DNA of 64,000 bases from Klebsormidium nitens (lineage: Eukaryota; Plantae; Klebsormidiophyceae), in NCBI GenBank assembly GCA_000708835.1, contig DF237222.1, positions 1-64,000 of the forward strand, written 5' to 3'. Of the stretch, positions 1 through 13,639 are shown one piece after another. Made by a program: the position numbers and the translations under genes. Each line of letters begins with the position of its first letter. Positions within the stretch are counted from its first letter, which is position 1. The notes below the pieces were generated by a model. It saw nothing but the letters and a program-made list of their open reading frames with translations, ran no database searches and was not told the DNA's origin.

Positions 1-415
1 AACAAACCAAACCTCAACGGCAAAGCTTGTCGCTCGGATCTTCCCTTGTATATTTGCATTAGTGTCCGGTCGAACCACGGACGTCGTTGTAAGTTCGATA
101 CTCTTTTGGCGGCACGAGAAGGCCTGCCATCAGGTCTTTCTGGCAGCACGGCACTGACGACGAGAATTCGAGGATTCTTGTCCAGATACGGCGTGACATA
201 CACCGCCAGTTTTGCAGCTTTCGATTGCAGGACGGGTCCTGGCGCTCCACAGAGCTCCGTCCTTCTTTGCATTCTTTGGTACTGCAGCTTTCGAGACCAC
301 CCGAAATCTGATTGATCCGTACAGCAAACTTCGTTCCCTCACCCGGAGTACTTCAACACCTTCGCCAAGCAAAGCTGACATTCCGCCTCACTAGAACTGC
401 CGAATGTCTCTGCAG

Positions 416-586
416 GTTGACAAGAGCATCTTCGAACCCGCCCAGATCACCAAGAAGAGGGAGTTCGTGCGCCGCCTCATCCTGTCCATTGCCCACCATC
501 TGGAGAACGGAACGCTCGTGCGACCGTTCGCGCCCCCAACTTTGAGGCGCCTGGCCGAGCAAGCACGGGAAGAGCTGGTTTCGTGA
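416..586 (+). CDS. Probable terminal coding exon of a gene that starts upstream of the window; product unknown
   Basis: Acceptor ctctgcag|GTTGAC at 415/416, then an open GC3-rich frame VDKSIFEPAQITKKREFVRRLILSIAHHLENGTL...REELVS ending in TGA at 584-586. Family not recognised. Confidence 0.5.
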   Translation, partial: VDKSIFEPAQITKKREFVRRLILSIAHHLENGTLVRPFAPPTLRRLAEQAREELVS

Positions 587-748
587 AGTTAAGTCGCTTC
601 TACGAGTTGCACGATGAAGTAATTTTCAATGTTGGCTCTCGTCTAGCAAGTTTCAATAATGTCGGCTTAATCGGGTACTTCAGACTTCAGTCCAGATCAA
701 ACATGTCACAGAACGGGTTGAGACAGGCGCTGACAAGCAAAGTTGAAA

Positions 749-1262
749 CACTGTAGCATCCCCGTTGAGCAGAACCGTTCAAGTTGGAACAGGACAGGGC
801 TCGTACTTTTTTGGGACCTTGTTCGGACGATGTGCAGACAAAAAATATGTAAGCTGAAAGCGACCGCGTCTTGTTTGCATCCGGACTCGCCTCGGAATGA
901 GTTGAGACCGTCTCCGGACAGTGCTCGGACATGTTCCGGACATCATGTATGAAGCGCAACATGCCAGATCCATGTCAGACATACATGGGACATGGTTCGG
1001 ACAGCCTACAGACAGCAGCGAATGTCCGGCACATGTCCGAAAAATTCCTATTCGGACATTCTTTTCGTTCCGGCACAGGTCCGACCTTTGTCCGGGATCT
1101 GTCCGAACTCTGTCGGTCCAAGCGGGGCTTTGTCCCGCGTGCTTCGAAACCCTGTCCGATACTTGTCCGTCATCTGTCCGAATCAGTCCGGCCCTGGTCC
1201 GAGCCCTGTCTGACCGTCGGATCCAGCTCGGACCCGATTCGGACAAAGGCTTTCTCACAGTG
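749..1262. repeat. Degenerate CGGAC/GTCCG-rich repeat, possible non-autonomous DNA-transposon (MITE-like) relic
   Basis: About 20 copies of CGGAC or its complement GTCCG between about 825 and 1245, mostly CGGAC on the left and GTCCG on the right. Bounded by CACTGT (749-754) and ACAGTG (1257-1262), with AA on both outer sides. The terminal match is only 6 bp. Confidence 0.45.
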
Positions 1263-4200
1263 AATTTCTTGCTTCTGGTGAAACCTGCGGACGGTTGCAT
1301 TCAGCCTCGTACTAAGCACCACACTCACCAGAAGTGACAAGTGTCATGCGGCTTGGGCTTTCACATTCCGCCCCTCCCTGCCTGCGTCTGGTACATCCCC
1401 GGCACCTCCCAGATCGTCGAAGTTCTATCGGCGGGAAGGTGGATTCGCGAAATGGCTATTATGGGGCTGCACATAGGTCAAACGCCTGCGCTATCTGGCG
1501 ATGACGTTCCGTTTCATTTACTGATGCCGCTTACGTCATCGAAGGAGCGCCGCTGATGGGCTTCCGCTTTTTCGTCGATCTGATGCCGCGTGTATTGACG
1601 AAGGTCAAACGATTGGTCCTCCGTATGGTGATGAGTCCTTCGCCGCGTGCTTATGTTATGTGGGCAAGTCGGCGTTCCTGAGCTTCGTGCGTCGGTTTCA
1701 TTGTTTCCAACAAGAGACCATATTTTATCCTACTGACAATCTTGAAGCATCAATCTGCCTGTATACTTGCTCGATTTGGATGCATATATATGTGCTTTTT
1801 AATCTGTGGTCTGGCCCCATGGTCGTTGCAATCCATGGTCCTCCCAGCTTCGTTTTGTCGACGTACGGGTTGGGTTTCTGCAACCGCTCTCAAGAAGTCG
1901 CATCCAAGGCTTCAGAATTTGGGTTGGTTTGCAGATTTGACTATATAGAAAATCGAAAAACTGATCGTTCGAAGCGGATCATGTTCTGGTTAAGTTGCAC
2001 AGCTACGCGCCTAAGCCTGCGAAGCACAGCGCCTCAGAGTTTAATAAGTTGATTGAGCCCCGCTGTAGGATGGTCCACGAACGTTTCGTGCTGGCTTGTA
2101 AGACGTGCAAGTCTCGGTGATCAAACCATTGGTTTTGACGTGTTCTCATGACTACTCGGTTGTGCATCGCTCTCCACAACCGCAAGCAAGGATACCGAAC
2201 ATATAGGCTCATGCCCGGCGACTATTCGAGAACCTGTAGGGCTTTTTGCGTCAGGAGCTGGGGTGGCTCAAAGTACAGAGCTTTGAGTGGAACCTTACGC
2301 TTATGTGTCAAGGCCCAAAGTCTTACTTAGGACCCATTTTAAGCTCCCGTAGCGATATGTGATACGAGGAGTTGCACGAGCACAACTCTACTTTCTACAG
2401 CTAACATCACAGCTCCTCGTTTCCACTTTCTCCTTCTGCTGACGGCAGCAATGCTGCCCAGGTTGTGTTGGGGCCCCCCGGCCCTGATTGAGCCCCACGA
2501 AGAACGTCCCGGTTCTGAGCCGTGCCCCTTATCAAACTGGAATTGATCATATCGATAAGGACGTTATATACGCATTCCACTCAAACCGACTTCGTTGCTA
2601 GCTGTTACTATCTCTGTCAGATCCCAGGTTTTGGAACCAGTTCAACCCACCAAAAATAGAGAGTTGCCGTTCTTGGAAATTGCCCCTGGAGCATCGCCGA
2701 TTTGCTTCCGCCTGTCCTTCTAATCCCGGTCAGCAGAAGCCTAACAGGATTCAAGACAAGCACGTTCCCTTTGAGAGTATGCAAAGCCCATTACTACTCA
2801 TTAATGATTTCATGCGTACACCCGCGCTCAGCTCTTTCCGAAGCCTGTCGCTTACTGTTTGATTGAAGCGTCATCACGAGGTCATTCCATCTGCCACCCA
2901 AATGAGGCTTTTGACGTCAGCTGCCAACGGATTAATCCGGCCTTGTCGAACCGGATCTGACAAGTCATCCGAGTCACTTCTCGACTTCTCTTCAAGCCTT
3001 TTGTTGTTGAGCTCCAACGTCGGTGCCCGACGTCGGTGACCCTGGCGGTCTTTTCGACCGCCAGCCCATGGCCAGAAGTTGTGGCTTCACACCTCGTCGG
3101 ATCGGTTCTGCAAGAGCCTCGATCATTTGGACAAGAGAGGACGGGCTATCTGCTAATTATATCAAGTGTGTTTCTCAAAGAGTGGTCTAGTCCTAATCTT
3201 CAGCATTCGAAGCTGGTGAAGCTACCATATCATGCACTGGATGCCCGTTCACCGTCCCTGGCCATCTCATGAGCCCGCTTCAGGCTGTCTGCTCATTGGC
3301 CGAAGAGCCGAAGCAGGATACTCCGTCTGCCGTGTTGCAAGGCTCGCTCAACACGATGGCAAATTTCTTCTTAGTATCTCTTTGTATATCATCATTCGCA
3401 GAATACTTAGTGTTGGGTCCTCTCCGCGTCAAAAGGTGCTGAGAGGCAGAGAGGGTGCTGAGGGCAGCTCATGGCGGCCCGGAATGTCGATGTCAAGCCT
3501 TGAAGCTGGACAGTATCTGACCGTCCGTCTTGCGGTGGGCCTCATCGACGGTTTGCAAAGGTCACGTGGCTCACGGGGCTACCTGCGCCAAGCCCTTGTT
3601 ATCCTACACGTGTAGGTACGTCATTGCTCGAGTTGCTGAACAGCCTGAGAAGTGAGAACACTGAACAGCGCGCGGCAGAAGTTCAAGAAGGGCGCCTTCT
3701 GTGAAGAGTGAAGAAGTTCAGCCTTCAGGCTTCAGGACCAGCAGTCAAAACAGGGAAAGAAGGCAAACCCTGGGTCTTCACCGCCTAGCATTTGTCGCTG
3801 TGCGTGTAAACATAAGCGGCACGTCCCTTTCGCTTTGTTTGTAGATAAGCTGAAAGATCTGTGACAGCGCGGACGTCATTGAAGCAAAGAAGTCGAGAGG
3901 ATCAAGCATTGGAGAGGGCCACAAGCAAAACAAGCCGGTTTTGTGGAAAGCCGAGTGATGCCCAGATGGCTCTGAATGTGGTTCATACGAACACCTGCCA
4001 AGGTGGAAGTGTGAAGAGCGCATTGCACGCACCGGCAACGTCCAGCCTTATCAGCACAAGGTAATTTTTGAAGAATAAGAAAGCGTCCTAGCTGGGGGGC
4101 CCTAGACTGCGTCAGGCAACATTGGCACTTTAGATCAGGCCTCGGCATTTGCAGTTTTAGCATTTTCAGTGCCCTTGAACAAACCAGAAAGATTACCAGA

Positions 4201-4742
4201 CTGACTCTTTTAATGACGACTTGGAGCCCTCATCAACTTTTACCTCGGACTTGCTCTAATCGTCAAAAAGGCAATGGAGAAGCAGGCTGAACAATTGTAA
4301 GCAATTCACCCAGAGGAACAGCATTAAAAAATTAAACTCCAACCTTTTCAAAGTGACGTGAAGAGGAAACAAGTGTTGTCCTGCACAGTTCGTTGTCAAG
4401 ACGATTGGAATAGGGTTTTCTCATTGACCATGTTTTCCAGCTAAATATAGGTATCCGACATCTGTAGTGCGCTGACCGCTCAACTCTTCTGGTTTTTCAG
4501 GAGCGAGTTTCTGAGAGGATCTGCATTGACCTCCTTCTCCAGAGCTCCTGATCTTTCCAGCAAGGTGAGGGTCTGCTTTTGCATCATACACTTGGTAAGA
4601 AGGGAAATACTTCCTGTGCACTTCCGCAAGCAGGTACAGAGTTCACAAACAATGCTGAGATGCTGCCAGCATCCTGACATGTTTTTTCAATTGCCAGTGT
4701 AAATGTTCTGGCAGCAGATTTTAATCACGTGAAGCCTGCTGC

Positions 4743-6603
4743 TTGCTGCTCCGTTTTCTGAAGTCCTCCCGTCCTGTGCAGTCAACAATCCCCGCTGGAA
4801 AGGTCCTTGCCAGGGCCTCTGCCCCCAAGGAAACTTACTACACGGTGCAGAAAGGAGACAGCCTGTATCGGATTGCCAAGCAGCACGATGTCAAGCTCTC
4901 TTCCCTTGCCAATGCAAACTCCATCAGAATTGCACGGAGAGTGCCAATTCTGCCAGGACAGCAGCTCAAGATACCAGGAGTAAAGGATCGAGCCAGCCTC
5001 AATGAGCAGGAAAGGCAGCGGATGGCAGCAAAGTTGAAGAGGATTGCAGAGACAGGACACCTCTCAAGCACTAAAGAGCAGCTGCGTGCAAGCCTGGTCC
5101 CAAGGGTCCCTGCGCAGAAGGCAAATGAGGTAAGTCGAGCAATTATCATCTGGTTTGTCGCATGTAACGAAACTTCAGCCAAGTCCATGTTATCTCTATC
5201 TACCACAAACAACAATCTGTGATGATCGTAGTGATAATTGTGGTGCCTTAGAACACTCGGTCATCAGATGTGTCGTACAGTGTCAAGGTTTTTCATACCC
5301 TGTCGAGCAGATTTTTCTTCCAAGACACTGTTAACTTGGTTGAACGAACTCAGGTTGTGATGACCCAGAAAGCTTGGGGAGAGAGCGGTTCCTGAAATGA
5401 TAAGGATGATAAAGAGCGTCAGAAGTGTGACATTGTTGCGCTCATTCTAACATTCTCTGCATAACCTAGGACATGTTCCTAAACTATTCGCTTGTGCAAA
5501 TTGCAGGTCAGCCGGCGCTCGAACGTGGTGGCCTCGGTGGCCGTCGACAGTCGCCCCGCCCCCTCGTCCAGCACCCAGGCCCTGGGCGGCTTCTCCCTGT
5601 GGCAGCCGGCAGGCGTGCTCCTCCTCCTGAGTGCCGCCTTCTTCTACATAACCCGGCCCAAGCAGACGGCCGCGTACGTTGATCCTAGCGTCAGAAAGGC
5701 GCAGGCGGTAGAAAGAAGCAAACTGAACCTGAAGCCCGCCGATCTTCCAACCCCACTCCTGCCGCCTACCCCGCCTAAGCCCAGCGTCATCAGAGTTGAG
5801 GCGTCTGCAGAGGGCGCCTCCACCGAACCAGGGACTCTCCGTTACAGCCGTGTTGGAAGCGCTCTGTTTGCTGTCGGGTCGCCTCGCGTCCTGGAAACCA
5901 TGCTGAGCTCCAGAGGACAGGAAGTAGAGGCGCGGGCGAGCATTGCGCCCCCCCAGGTAGGCAGATTTTACTTGCACGTGTCATCTCCATCCTACATTTT
6001 ACCGGAGAGTCCCAGGCTTTAATCCACTGAAACAACCTGAGCCGTTTTCCCCCAGAGAAACGTTGAGAGTTCTGCTCATTTTGTTGATGTAAGCACTGCA
6101 TGGCTGTTGCTGAGGGCAGCAGTCTGCTCGACTTTGGCGTACATGACAAACGCCTTGATTCAATGCTAGACAGCTATTACCCCGTCGATAAGCCGGAGGC
6201 TTACCTGAGTCTTCATTTCACAGATGCATTGTTGCATGAGACTGGCTCTGATGAGTTCGCCGCTGCCATTTTGCCCAGCTTGGTCGCCATTTTCGGCGCT
6301 GGTAAACGTCCTATTTGCCCTCTGCTGGCCGCCGTCTGCCTCTACATCCTGGGCAAACCGCTATTTGAATCCCGGACCAGTTGATATATCGGTGATTTTG
6401 CTCGTCTCTTGCAGTACGAAGCCGAGAAGGCGGAAGCTCGGAAGGTGCTGGAGGAGCGGCTGGCGGCGGCACGGGCTGCGGTGTCGGAAGGGCAGCGGCG
6501 GGCGGAGCTGGCCCGGGAGCGAGCGCAGCAAGCGGAGGAGGCCAAGGAGGCGGTGTGGGGCACGGTCGAGCGCATCCGGGAGCTGAGCAGCATCAACGAG
6601 TGA
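4743..6603 (+). CDS. LysM-domain protein with a hydrophobic segment and C-terminal coiled coil; multi-exon, start codon and internal exons uncertain
   Basis: Clear LysM motif YTVQKGDSLYRIAKQHDVKLSSLANANSI...ILPGQQLKIP. Donor GAG|gtaagt at 5129/5130. Exon 5507-5956 contains WQPAGVLLLLSAAFFYIT and a Pro-rich tract. Last exon from about 6415 to 6603 reads YEAEKAEARKVLEERLAAARAA...INE*. Confidence 0.7.
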
Positions 6604-9600
6604 GCGGCCGATTGTTCTCTCTTTTGTCAGAAATTGAGGCTTGTCCTTGCCGGAAGGGCGTTCGATATGCGAACGCCCACGTTAATCTGTCAAAAAAATT
6701 GAGGGTTCAATCATGGTGCAATGTCAACTGGTGACCAAGCGGCACCGCCAGTGGTTAGCCAGGTTTCTCCGTTGGGTTTTGGAAGGCTCAAGGAAGTTCT
6801 GAAGACTTTGCAAGAGGAGTTCTTGGGGCCAGCGATCATGATAGAAAGCTCCAGTCGATTGGGATAAATGGGAGCATGAGAAGGTAGCTTATCTCCGGTT
6901 ACATCCTCCAAAAAGGCAGGATGTCGAGAAGAGCGACGCTAAAAAAAGCTATGATGCTGTGCAGAATTGAAAGGATGGAAAGCAAGAGCTCTTGGGGTTG
7001 CATCTGGTGGGAAGCGGGATCCCAGCATTAGATAGACAAGTTCCTATTATGATGGAGTTCGTAGCAGAAAGTGCGGGCCCTCGCAATGCAAACTGGGCTT
7101 GATTGGCTATTCTTTGTGCAGATCGTCAGATGTTCCTAAAGAGCCAAGCTAGTCATGTAAATACTCCAACTTTAGGTAAACCAACGATCCAGCTCGGGGT
7201 TTTTTGACATTGAGGGGGACTCGCAGTGGGAATACCGACGCCGTCTGGTCCTCTGATTGCCACTAGGCAGTATCTACATCTTCGCTTTCTTCCCGTTCGT
7301 ACCACACTTTCCTGCTGCAAGTTTTGTTTGCTTCAGCATGCTCTTAGACTGTTTCATCCTGGCTTTCAGGTCTTCAATGTTTCCGGCTTTGTTTGGATGC
7401 AGGGAGGTTCTACGAGTCGCAGAGCAAGCTCTGGCGGAGGTCAACTTCCAAAAGGAACTAGCATCGACTCGCAACCAGAGACGGTGATCCTTGACCAGCA
7501 AAGTGTGTGCTTCTGAAGCAAGGTCGCTATAGCAGAAGCCGTTGTGTATCTTCAAGTATCAACGTTATGTGTCCCGTTGCTTTTAATTTGCTCTGTGGTA
7601 AGACCTTGTATAACGTAGTTATGATGGCAAGTAAGAAGGCTGTGCTCGAGAGGTATTGGTCTAGCGAGGCGGTCGATGCTTGTTACCCCATAAGATGGTA
7701 CAATTGCAGTCTAGTACCTTCCTAAGTACAAGAGATGCAATGGAAAGCCGCTGCATACACTTTTTGGTTGCAGCAGCATAAAACAAAGCAGCAAACGTTA
7801 AGGGATGCAACACTAATAACATGTCGCCCACACGTTTGACTACTTGTAACCAAGTGAAGGGGTGGTTCAAAATTCTGAGTGATCGCGGTTGACTACAAAG
7901 TCATTGAAGCACACGTACAGTGACCACTTCCCGCAAACTTTTCTAAGTATCATCCGGGCCGAGCATGGGCTCAAATCAAATAACGGTCATGCTATACATT
8001 GTTGCATCATTCTTATCATGCAGGATGCGTCCCGGGTATGGCTAGGCTCGCGTTTATGCTTTCTGAACTAGGCCATGCACCTAGGGCGACGGCCGTTTCT
8101 AAATATTGCATCTCATCATTGCGTGGCTGTATAATATTGAGCAATCGACGGTACCCAACAACAGTGTACCGTGGTTCATATGGTAGATTTACCATGCTTG
8201 ACTCGTATGCAGTCGTTGCTACGTGCAATTAATCCTGGCCGCGGTGCTGCATTTAATTCATCCATAAACTTGATCTTGCGAATTTTTGAGCATGACTAAG
8301 CATTACGCAGGAACCGCACGAAGCGGAGAATATTGTGTGCATGGCCGCACAGGATTGTTGTCACGCTTGCAGCTATACATAAACCGACTTAATCTAAGTC
8401 TGGGATGGACCCGTGACTGCTGCCTAAAAAGCTTTGCACATTTAGTATTGCATGGGTTGATGGGTGCAATAACGTTGTATATGGAACAGGTTGAAGCCTG
8501 CATGGGCCGGCCGCCCCCAATGATGCATCATGATGGAATGCAAGCAAATAATGCGTTGATGGAATAGTTGAGCCAGATGATTGGAAAAGCAATGGGGAAT
8601 GGTTAGCTTCGAACGTCGTCTTCTTGTCTTCTTAGGTTCTACGCGGTGTAACCAGTGTAAGAGGGAGGCCGAAAGCCGAACAGAGTCCAGAGAGGTCAAG
8701 GAAATGCCCCATGCATGCAACGCCTTACAATTGCTTTGTCTTGGCGTTTTGCTTTAAAATCTCTATAAGAAGATAAGTACAACGATATGTTGCATCAGCC
8801 AGGACCAAAATGAGGAGAATGTGTTTCCAGTTAATTTGGAGTACGAGCCGCGGGCATCGATTTAGGGGGGTTCCCAACATACATAACGTACATATATAAC
8901 GTAGGCCGCAGAGTTCCCGTCGCGGTGCCAACCGTTGGAGGGTCGAGTCGTACCTCCAGTGCTCGCCGGTTTCGGCGCAAGGTTAGATTTGAAGTCGCGC
9001 AACCTCAATCAACGGCCCGTGACTCCGGCGAAAAATCGAATTGCGCAGAATCTTTCGATAGACTCGCGCAACCATTTCGGACCAGGCCTTGTGCTGAGGG
9101 CGCTGGTCGCTATGCGCGTGCGCACGCGCATGCGTTGCCCCGACTTCCACTGAGATCTGCTTTGCAGCATGTTGTCATCAGAAGAAAGGCTGTCTACATC
9201 CTGTCCGGACGGTATTAGTCGATTGTTGGACATGTAAAACACCTCAATGTAGGACACGCGTTGGGTATCCGCAGCAAAGTTTAGCACCAGGTGTTCAATT
9301 CAGCTCCAATGTAGACGTACATGACAAATCCTGGAGTGCTTGAAAGTACTAGGCTCTGACGAATACTGCGGCAATCGCGAAATCCTGACGCTCCCTATGT
9401 TGTGAGCCACATTAGCTCAATGACTGATCAGCAGAACTCAAACTCACATCGAATCTAGGATTCCACTAGTGTAAAGTTCTCAGTGTGCGTCCCTACGTAC
9501 CTAGGACACACCGTAATCCTCTCACCAATCAGAAAGCCTGAATCGCGTCATCACCTTCTATCACATGCTGGTGTGGCGGGCAGAAACAATGCCCGAAAGC

Positions 9601-10007
9601 CAAGGGTGGATTGTGGGCATTACATGCCCTCCTAGCTCAGTGGAAACAACAAAAACGTACGCGTGCTCGCTCAAACCTCAGGGCCAAGAAGAAGCACCTA
9701 AGAATTGGTGAAGTCGAATCAGAGCGCGCTGCATGCACTGGACTTTTGAGCTTGTCAACGGTCGAAGCTTGCAATTGAGGACTCGGCAGATGAGAATGTG
9801 ACTCGGAGTCTCAGGAGTAGACGCCCTTAGGAGCAGTGCTTTGATCAGACAAGTCGTATTGAAGGCCTCGCTTTGGAGACATATACGAGGAGGTTCCTTT
9901 TGTTTCCAACGCCAATACTCGAAGCTTGCTCCTACTACACACAGCCCTCCAACTTTTATCAAGTCAAGGCCAGGCCTCGCCTCCTCTTCCAGCAGAGCAA
10001 GAGCAAA

Positions 10008-11977
10008 ATGGCTACCGGCGCGCTGATTGTCAAGGTGAGTTTGGAAAGGTGTTGCAGTGCTTGACTATACAGCACAGAGGCCTCGATCGATGAGCAGTCT
10101 AACAGCATCAATCTCACGTACAGAGTGCGATGTCATGGGCACAAGGTTGTTGATGGTGTCTCGAAATGCTGTTCGCTATGTATAGCTAAGCTTTGTGTGC
10201 TGGTGCAGTTTCGTTATTGTTAGTAGTGATTATTTGTTTCTAAGGTTCAGTCCAGTCGTCGAGGCAGTGTGTATTTGCAGGGTGAACCTGCCCTTGTTGC
10301 TTTTGATTGCTGTTCGCGATACATATTGCTAATTTTTGTGTGATTGTGCAGTTCGTGCTGCTGATGTCAGCCGTGGTGGGTGGCGTGCGCGCGCAGCCGG
10401 GCCTGAACCGGCCTATTGTGCCCCCTAGGCCCCTGCAGTACGTGCCGTTTACTCTCCAGCTGGTGCTGACGCAGACGCCCCTGACCACCAACCTTGCCAG
10501 CCTGACCTTCGGAAGCAGCTTCACATTCAAGTGAGCAGAGCGTGATCATATTGGTTTCAATTGCACGCTCCTTCGCGATCTAGGCAAAGTCTGCTGTGCT
10601 ACTGCTTCAAACTTTGCAACGGCGTTGCAAGAAAATGTTGACTCAATTGAACGAGGCATCGCGGTTGGAATGCGAGTCTGACAGCCAGATAGGCACGTGA
10701 TGATTGGTCAGCTCGCTTTTCGTAGTTGACAAGCTGGGCTTCCCGAGTTTGGCTCTTCTCAGTACTACTGCAAATGAAATTACACCAGCAAGAAATCATG
10801 AATGCGAACCCTGAGTGCCATTTTGACACGAGTTCCTTGCAAACTCAATCTTACACAACTTTATACTCCAGAGTCTCTGAAGATAATCCTGATGTCTCTG
10901 TTACGAAATCTTCTCTGCGAGTGGACTTCTTACAAGCTAAGCTTTTGTTCTCTTGAAACATGCCTCTCTTTCCGTTCGCTCACTGGTGACTACCCTGTGA
11001 CCCTTGATTTCGACCATTCTCCTTCTGACGTGCAGTGATATCATCACGAGCACTGCCAACAGTACGCAGCCGCTGGCCGGCCGCTTGGCAGGCTCTGCCT
11101 TTTTCACTCAGGGGCTCGACCTGACCGCTAACCCTCCCGCGGCCGTCATTCAGATCGTGGCGACTGTCATCTCCGCTGCGAACCCCGCGGACAGCTTCGC
11201 TTTCATAGTGAGTCAACCTGATCTTGCCACTTGAAACTTTCTCTTCCACATGCCAGCAGCCCAGATGATACGATCGCAGGCAGTGAAAAGGACTATAAGA
11301 AGGACACGTGCCAGCTGTACTATCGTGACGAGGACGCACGCCAGCTGTCACAATCGTGGCAACGTTAACGCCCCAATCGTCAAGTGTAACCGTTATACCC
11401 CCAACATTCAGGTTGAAGAAGTCTCTTTGCTTACGTCTGTGAGCTTGGACGGAACGCCTTGTCATGCAAATTCTGTATCTTCAGTTCAAAAGCCATCAGA
11501 AACTCTTGAAAACCTGATTGGCTTTGGATCGTCCTTTACGCAGCATAAGAACATAACACAGAGCGGCTCCGTCTTCCGGGCGCCTTCATCGGTTCCTACG
11601 CTGGCCGAAACAGAGTGGAGTCCTTAAGCCTCCAACCGATGAGATTCTGTGTCCTACTCCAGGACAAGCGAAATTGCTCTTGCGAACTTCTTCCTTGGTT
11701 GTTGTGACATCGTGAAAGTTTTCCCGGCCTCTTCTGACCCGTTGTACGGTCCTCTTCATGAGATAACGCTCGATATCTCTCCCTTCAGGGCCCCTCCAAC
11801 AGCTTGACCAACGTCACGACGGATGTCGCCGTTGTCGGGGGCACCGGCATCTTTTCCGGCGCCACGGGTGCTGGCAGAATCAGAGTCACCCAATTCATCC
11901 CCACCGATACCACCCTGCTTCGTCTCAACTTCTCTTTCTTTGCACTGGCGACCCCACTCCCAGTGCCGGCGCCCTAA
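10008..11977 (+). CDS. Secreted dirigent-like (dirigent/allene-oxide-cyclase beta-barrel) protein, about 188 aa, 4 exons
   Basis: Exons 10008-10034, 10352-10530, 11036-11207 and 11789-11977 splice in frame with GT-AG sites. N-terminal hydrophobic signal MATGALIVKFVLLMSAVVGGVRAQ. Dirigent-type motifs FGSSFTFNDIIT, LAGRLAG and DVAVVGGTGIFSGATG. Confidence 0.8.
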
Positions 11978-13639
11978 GGTCACTAGCGGAGAGTGCCGCA
12001 ACTTACAAGTAGCCTTTTGACTTTGAGAGTAAGTTTGCGTAGCAGAAATTAGAAGACAAAGCGCTGTACATAGTCCGCTAGAGATTGGATCGTCTTCCTG
12101 CCGACAATAAGAGGTTTTGTGAAAGATACTTAGTTGCAATCGTGTGCTCACCGCGGATTTGAGGAATAACACCAGCGCTTCGTTGAGGCTCTCAACAGAA
12201 CGGACTACCAGCACTTGATACCGTTCGCTTTGCTCGAAGCTTTTACACGCTTTGATCGTAATATGCGGATGCTATCCAAGGGTGTTCCATTACAATCTGT
12301 CGACCCTCGGGCATGCAACATCATGCACAAACTTGCACCACTGAGTTATAGCCTGTATATGGAGTTCAGCATAATCTATTGTTCGGCCACATACACATCA
12401 TGCAGTTGCATGAGGAGTGACCTCCCGTTCAGTGTGCGAACCAACATCGCAAGTTGAGGGCAAGCACTATCCAGCTACCCTTCTACATGTTTAAGTCGCA
12501 TGATGTTTTGGCGAAGTACGCTATGCTCGAGCGAGCGGACGCTAGTATATCTAGGTCTATGGCTTCAATTGAGGCTAGGGACACGTGGATTAAGTCCTTG
12601 GTACCTAAAAAATGTCAATTGGGAATGAAACTCTTCTTTCCAAGTACTGTTCTAAGACTCGAACGAATCAGAGGGATGACTTGGGCCAATGGGAGGGTGG
12701 TATATTTGTTACACGAGATCGGGCTGAGGTATGATCCCCGTATGATCTCTTGCATCGGGTTATCTCAGGCGAGTGGTTGAGCCGTGACTACGTGTGCATG
12801 ATGCAAAATCAAGAACGATCATTTGACTAAAGCTGAGAGACCGCAGCTAAGCCGGGTGGCGGCAATTGAGGATATATGAGCTAGATATCTGCCAGCAAGT
12901 GCCCTGCATAAGCCGCCAGCTTTTGCATGTGCCAGTTGTGCCCGCACGGCCGTATACAAGCAGATGAATGAACTCAGTCGACGCGTGCACATGATGTGCA
13001 CTTGGACGCGCTAGTTCGAAATCTTACTCATTCAGGCATGATCTGGCTATATACCCGGCGCCGCGCAAGGGCCCGATCTGGCCGACGTTTGGCGATATCA
13101 TTAATGCGACTCTTGCAGTAATCAACCTAATAGATGCTCATGATACGCGCAGTCACAGTTTGTTGAACGGTAACCTAGTCGGCTCATCGAATGAGATGGT
13201 AATTTCGCAAAATATGAGGGTTTCCGCACATGATATAGAGAGCTGGCCCGTTGACTTCAATGATGACAACTGAGGTGCAAGCCTCAAATTTGAATCAAGC
13301 AGTACGCAACAAGCCCTAGGGCACCAACGGTTGTGATTTAAAAAGAATTGCGACTTGCTGTATTAAAATGCAAATGGTCCGCGCATGCAGCCTGGTGCAT
13401 GTCTTTTGATCTCGAACTTGTATCCTCTTCTTATATCAAATTGCACCTCTTTACTTGAACGAATTCAGAACCGCAATCGGTTGACAAACTCCTCTACATC
13501 GGGTAAGACTATGACCTGGATTATCTGCTTTATAACTACAAAGAATGTGCCTCCACCTCGTTCACCCTGCTTTCTGACCAATCAAATCTTAAAATACAAA
13601 GACGCAGACAGTTCTTGACCGAGTCCCGAACCCACGAGT

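Noticed and set aside
779-1337. Overlapping 110-173 aa ORFs on both strands
   Set aside because: Products of the CGGAC repeat, whose composition suppresses stop codons; no protein-like features.
1627-1681. GTGATGA ... CTGA, a possible C/D box snoRNA
   Set aside because: Too short, no terminal stem or recognisable rRNA-antisense element, and such motifs are common by chance.
7274-7555. 93-aa Lys-rich minus-strand ORF
   Set aside because: No motif, no real start codon and no supporting neighbouring exons, so it cannot be distinguished from a chance ORF.
9625-9650. GCCCTCCTAGCTCAGTGG resembles the 5' end and A-box of a tRNA
   Set aside because: It is followed by an A-rich stretch with no anticodon arm, no T-loop (GTTCRA) and no acceptor-stem complement.
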